A stretch of 63,629 nucleotides of DNA, filler included, from Olpidium bornovanus S191 (Eukaryota > Fungi > Olpidiomycota): assembly GCA_017911155.1 (NCBI GenBank). It is 31 parts of 31 records of this genome, joined end to end, with 100 filler letters (N's around TTAATTAATTAA, not from the genome) between each part and the next. Parts side by side here need not be neighbours in the genome. Positions count along the whole stretch, not along the records: positions 57,555 to 59,350 come from JAEFCI010008813.1; positions 59,451 to 60,743 come from JAEFCI010004917.1; positions 60,844 to 62,335 come from JAEFCI010010548.1; positions 62,436 to 63,629 come from JAEFCI010008526.1; 27 more parts are not named here. The stretch is one strand, 5' to 3'. Every line of letters starts with the position of its first letter. Position 1 is the first letter of the stretch. A program made the translations under genes and the position numbers. The notes under the pieces are model-generated. The model had not been told where the DNA came from. It made no database searches and saw nothing but the letters and a program-made list of their open reading frames with translations. This document shows positions 59,323-63,629 of the stretch, piece by piece.

Positions 59323-60843
59323 CCCCCCCCCGCCGCCCCCCCCCCCCCCCNNNNNNNNNNNNNNNNNNNNNNNNNNNNNNNNNNNNNNNNNNNNTTAATT
59401 AATTAANNNNNNNNNNNNNNNNNNNNNNNNNNNNNNNNNNNNNNNNNNNNCCATGGGAAGCCGGCAGGAACGCAGCGGCGCGCAGCGCTCAAGAGCCGTA
59501 GGCGTAAACGGAAAGTGTTTTTCAGGGCGTTCCGGGGCCATCTATTCCAGATCTCTTTTATAGAGCAGGCAACCAGGGACCTTGCGGTGGGACCGAATAG
59601 GGGCCAGTAAGCGGGGTGCGGAAAAGGGTCCTCTTTCCTTCTGCAGGATGCGCGTGCCCATTCCGCTCCACCGTTTGCGTATCGGGCGAAAGCGCAAACA
59701 AAGGAGTTCGGCAAATTTTGCTTCCCCAACCCCCCTGACCGCCCCCCCGAGCCGACGGCGGGAACGCGGGCGCGCCCGCGGCGCATCGGACGCCTCTTCG
59801 CGCGTATCCATGGACATTCCTGGGTTTTTATCCTGTGTGGCCGTACCACGTCTGCGACGTTTTGACTCTGTAAACGCGTAATCACACTCGAACTCGCCGT
59901 TTACCCCAGCACGGCCTCCCCCCAAACCGCCAACGTGCGCATTTTCCCTAAGCCAGCGTAATTCTTGGCGCTTAAAATCTCCGCAAACTAATGCTGACAG
60001 CCTGCAGAAAGGGTTTTATAGGGGTGGGGTGGGCGGGGTGGGGTGGTGCAATCCCTATCTCGAATCTTCAGGGGGGGAAGGGGGGGCAACAGCTTAGGGA
60101 TGCCGATCCCGTCGAAATAAATTTTTCTGCATTTTTTTCGGAAAGTGGTGAGGGGGTGGGAAGAAAGGTGAAGATGGTGATGGGAACCGGACGTCCAATC
60201 GCGTGATTTTCTTTTGTTTACTGCGCGGCCACGTTTTCGGCAATGACATCTTACGGGGCGCGGGGCCAAGGAAGGCGCCAAAAACGATGCCGGTGTCCCA
60301 CGTCCCGTGTGACAAAGCCGCTTCATGTTCAATAAATGTGAGTATCATTTTGACAGGGCAATGAAGGCGGCGGTGCGGCGGTAAGGGTGGGGGGTGGGTG
60401 GTGGTGAAGGGTGGTGGGTAAGGGTGGTGGTGGTTGTTAATTTGCAGGGGAGAAGGGGGAAGCGGGGTCGAAAAAGTAAGATTTGGTGGCCTTGTACAGC
60501 TTACTTCTGGCGAAACGCTTTCGGCAAGAAAAAAAAATATTATGAGTTGCGTGTGAGACTGTGTCGAGTGTGCCAAGGGAGAGAAGGGCGGGAGCGAGTG
60601 GGAGTGGTGGGTTCATTCACTACATGCTCCAGCAGCCGGATCAAAATTTAAGATGACGAGGAGGGCGGGAAGCGAAAAGTCTTTATTTTTTAATTATTTT
60701 TTTCTCTTTGTCTCTCTCTTTTTTTACTTCACTTGTTCGGCTCNNNNNNNNNNNNNNNNNNNNNNNNNNNNNNNNNNNNNNNNNNNNTTAATTAATTAAN
60801 NNNNNNNNNNNNNNNNNNNNNNNNNNNNNNNNNNNNNNNNNNN

Positions 60844-62335
60844 AAGGGAAAGCTTTGAGCATTTGCTGGTTGAGCAGGTCAGTGTTGCATCACGTGTTGG
60901 ACGCCCCTTGTGTGATTGACGGAGAGGCACGCGCTTCACACTGTTTTTGCAGTTTTTGGCCATGATTTTTGCACAGTTGGAGCATCACGAATCTAGTTAT
61001 CAAGTGTACAAGTCGGTGAAGACACATGTTCAACAATTGCAATACAAGCTGTCCGAAGTATGCATGAGCAATTGATGACAGACCCCTCCCCCCTCCCTCG
61101 CTCTCTGCGCGACGCCAATTATTGAAAGCAAATGTGCTTTATAATCTCAGAGCCGGGCGACGTATGATTACAAACTGGGAAAGCTTCAAAAATTGAAGAA
61201 GTCATTGGAGGATGTATGCGGCCACTTTTGTTTTCTTTTTCCCCCTGATATGCCTACCGCCATTGTGCGTTTGCGTAACGCTGGTACGAACCGACCCTGC
61301 AGGAGGCGATTCATTCTGCTCGGCCGAACACCCTCCTGCAAGCGTATTTTCCGTCTGCCGGTCAATCGCCCTACTACAATCCGAACATTTCCATTACTTT
61401 CCCTTCCATCGACGACAATAAACCCGAGAAGGAGGGATATCTGTTTGAACGAAGCGCGTCAAAGACGCCGCTAGCGCCGGACACGTGGTCGCGCCGGTGG
61501 TTCTGGTTTCGTGGCGGCAAGTTTGGCTATTTGACAACGTCGTCAACGGGCAAACTGCGCGGGCACGTGGCCAGCTGCACCCCGCTGCAGGTCCTCCTTT
61601 GCGAAGCACGGCCGCGGATGTCCGAGGTGGGAGATCGCCGCTTTTGTTTCGAGGTGGTCTCCAGCAGGAGGAGCTTCGTACTGCAGGCAGAGTCAGAAGA
61701 AGAGATGAACGAATGGTTGACGGTGTTCGCTAAGTCGAAGCAAAAGGAGATGGCGTCGGCCAGCTCTGAAGTCATCGCGTCAATGGCATACAACTCGCTG
61801 CCAGTCGCACCTTCGCCGCCGGCTTCCGCCGCCAAACGCGCTTCACCTACGTCTTCAGCAAATATTTCTAACTTAACTCCCTCACCGCCATCCCGAAGCA
61901 ATGCGCAATCAGAGACACTTCCCGCGCAGCCTACGAATGCTCAGCATGAATATTCTAACCCGACGCCGGCGGCGACAGCGGCGGCGCCGCTTAAGTCGCC
62001 CACCTCTTGGTCTGCGCCGCCTTCGTCAGCGAGTTTCTCCGAGGGCCTCCGACTCTCCGACTTTGGTGACAGCGACACCTGTCACTTAGTGGTGGCGGAC
62101 GACCCGTCGTCTGCCCGCGTCCCTGAATCGCCGGCGCCGGCATTATCCTCGACCGTTGCCACGGATAGCACTGCGGGGACCGTCGCACTTGCGGACAGCG
62201 GTGGCCTTCCCGCACGCGCAGCTTTGACAACGGGGCACGGGACGTGTAAAGACCTCTCGCGGCGAACAAATAGCACCGTCGGCGAGAAGTTCATATCTCT
62301 CTTATCCGGCGGCGCTCCTGCGGCCAGTACCCATG
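60844..62335 (+). CDS. BAR-PH domain protein (Sip3/Lam1 or ACAP-like), internal part
   Basis: Helical exons, then PH domain KEGYLFER...WSRRWFWFRGGKFGY...QVLLCEARP...DRRFCFEVVS.RRSFVLQAESEEEMNEWL, followed by a Ser/Pro-rich region. Confidence 0.75.
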
Positions 62336-62435
62336 NNNNNNNNNNNNNNNNNNNNNNNNNNNNNNNNNNNNNNNNNNNNTTAATTAATTAANNNNNNNNN
62401 NNNNNNNNNNNNNNNNNNNNNNNNNNNNNNNNNNN

Positions 62436-62550
62436 AATCCTTGACCAGCGGCATTCCTGAATATATGCGCATTACCGGTTCCGCCCACTTTTGCGAGGAC
62501 TGTGTGTTTGCCAAACACACCCGTTCCTCGCATCCATCTAAACTCCACTC
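62436..62550 (+). mobile_element. Ty1/copia GAG-pre-integrase remnant
   Basis: TGSAHFCEDCVFAKHTRSSHP, the CxxCxxxK half of the copia integrase zinc finger; degenerates downstream. Confidence 0.6.
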
Positions 62551-62918
62551 GTCATGGTTTCGGTGTTTCCGATTTTGGTCCGCTACAATACAAAATCAGT
62601 CTCAAAATTGACATCTGCTTTCTCTGTCAAACTCGGGCGAACTCAAATCCGTTCCATATACCCCACTAAATCTCTGATAATTATCGATCTAATAAACCAT
62701 TCAATCAACTCGCATATCGTGTTACTTATTCTTTGTAAATCTAGTCATCCCTTCATTTTGAATTTTAAAAAAAAAATGCAGAAGTCTTGCTTGTCTGAAG
62801 AGGTATAGTTGGCGTGCGGGCGAAAAGACGTTGAGTTTAATCTGGTAACCTTCTTTATATGGGGACTCCATAACCCCTTTATCGGAGGAGCGCCCGAGCG
62901 GTGCTGCGCTCACCCGAC

Positions 62919-62961
<43 letters not shown>

Positions 62962-63268
62962 CCCCCCCCCCCTCTCCCCCCTCCCCATCGCCCCCAGCCA
63001 AAACGCTTCCTCCCTTCGCCCGCAGTGCGAAACTCACGACAATCATTTCCGCCGCCAAAACCTGCCGCAAAAATGCAATCAAAGCGTCACGTGGTATTTC
63101 TCCCACGTCCGCAAATCGTCCTGTCATTTTTCAGCAGCCGTAGGCAGAACCAAAATGCCACAGTTTTGCCCAGGCTTCAAAAGCCCAGGAAATAATCCTC
63201 GACGGACAAAAAAAAAAAAAAAAAAAAAAAAAAGGTTCGAACCCCCCCCCAAAGGAAAAACAAATATA

Positions 63269-63629
63269 TTAAGTCCCCTCCTCGATCGCGGCGGCCATTT
63301 CCCTCCGCGCTGCTTCGAGTTCCTCCGCCACGGACCGCTCCATCTCGGCGATCCCTTGTTCCGCGCGGAACTTAAAGGCTACCAGCTCGTCCAGAATCTG
63401 TAGAAACTCCTTGGACGCGCTGTCCATCATTTCCTGCGACTTCTGGACAAGGTTGTCGTGCCTTTGCAAGCAAGAAAAAAAAAAATGCGAACGGTTTGCG
63501 AATGCGAAACGAGCAGGAAGTCGGCGAAAGTCACGCACGCACTCCATTGTCATATTCTGCTTCCGCTGTTTGGCCGTGATAAGGTCGCCAAAGCCCTCCC
63601 TCTTCATAACGCTAAGTTTATCCTCCATG
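63269..63629 (-). CDS. NDC80: Kinetochore protein Ndc80, C-terminal 2 exons
   Basis: MEDKLSVMKREG..DLITAKQRKQNMTME|HDNLVQKSQEMMDSASKEFLQILDELVAFKFRAEQGIAEMERSVAEEL, paralleling the fungal Ndc80 tail (LNDVIKFKVHIQ-like). Confidence 0.75.
   Translation of the reverse strand, partial: MEDKLSVMKREGFGDLITAKQRKQNMTMECVRDFRRLPARFAFANRSHFFFSCLQRHDNLVQKSQEMMDSASKEFLQILDELVAFKFRAEQGIAEMERSVAEELEAARREMAAAIEEGT

Noticed and set aside
59451-60743. Coding potential of this contig, and likewise 1-1254, 32103-33476 and 56377-57454
   Set aside because: Only short or low-complexity ORFs without recognisable motifs; left unannotated.
1255-62435. Regularly repeated TTAATTAATTAA as a CRISPR-like array or biological repeat
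   Set aside because: Always centred in exactly 88 N; an artificial six-frame-stop linker.
63234-63250. GGTTCGAACCC tRNA T-loop-like motif
   Set aside because: Preceded by poly-A; no cloverleaf. No tRNA or rRNA gene was supportable anywhere in the window.

Overview
This window is not one locus. It is 31 short, unlinked contigs (about 1-4 kb) of a fragmented, GC-rich, intron-rich eukaryotic draft genome, joined by 30 identical 100-nt linkers (N44-TTAATTAATTAA-N44), so neighbouring genes carry no synteny information. Ciliary genes (CFAP57, CATIP) occur together with fungal-type genes (Atg11, Sip3/Lam1-like BAR-PH, Mix17, Ndc80). This points to a flagellated, early-diverging fungus; Olpidium-like is my inference. 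Recognisable, mostly partial, spliced genes: RFC3/RFC5, NUP188, CATIP, focadhesin/RST1, a PH protein, a BACE-like aspartic protease, ATG11, an INTS5-like Integrator subunit, CFAP57, a bacterial-type MscS channel, COMT, G-protein beta, a TrhO/TSTD2 rhodanese, RPL6, a BAR-PH protein and NDC80. Three conserved genes appear disabled: beta-COP, MIX17/CHCHD2 and MPST/TUM1. Mobile DNA: one pogo/Tc5 transposon, three Ty1/copia fragments and one Ty3/gypsy integrase relic. Best leads: (1) a Ty1/copia element with an intact chromodomain fused in frame to the integrase C-terminus; (2) an MscS gene of bacterial type with four spliceosomal introns, a candidate horizontal transfer; (3) BACE-like and Integrator genes in a fungus; (4) several disabled copies of housekeeping genes, two of them retaining introns; (5) an unrecognised 80-aa/240-nt tandem protein repeat; (6) about a third of contig ends at CATG. 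All family assignments come from recalled motifs and no database search was run.
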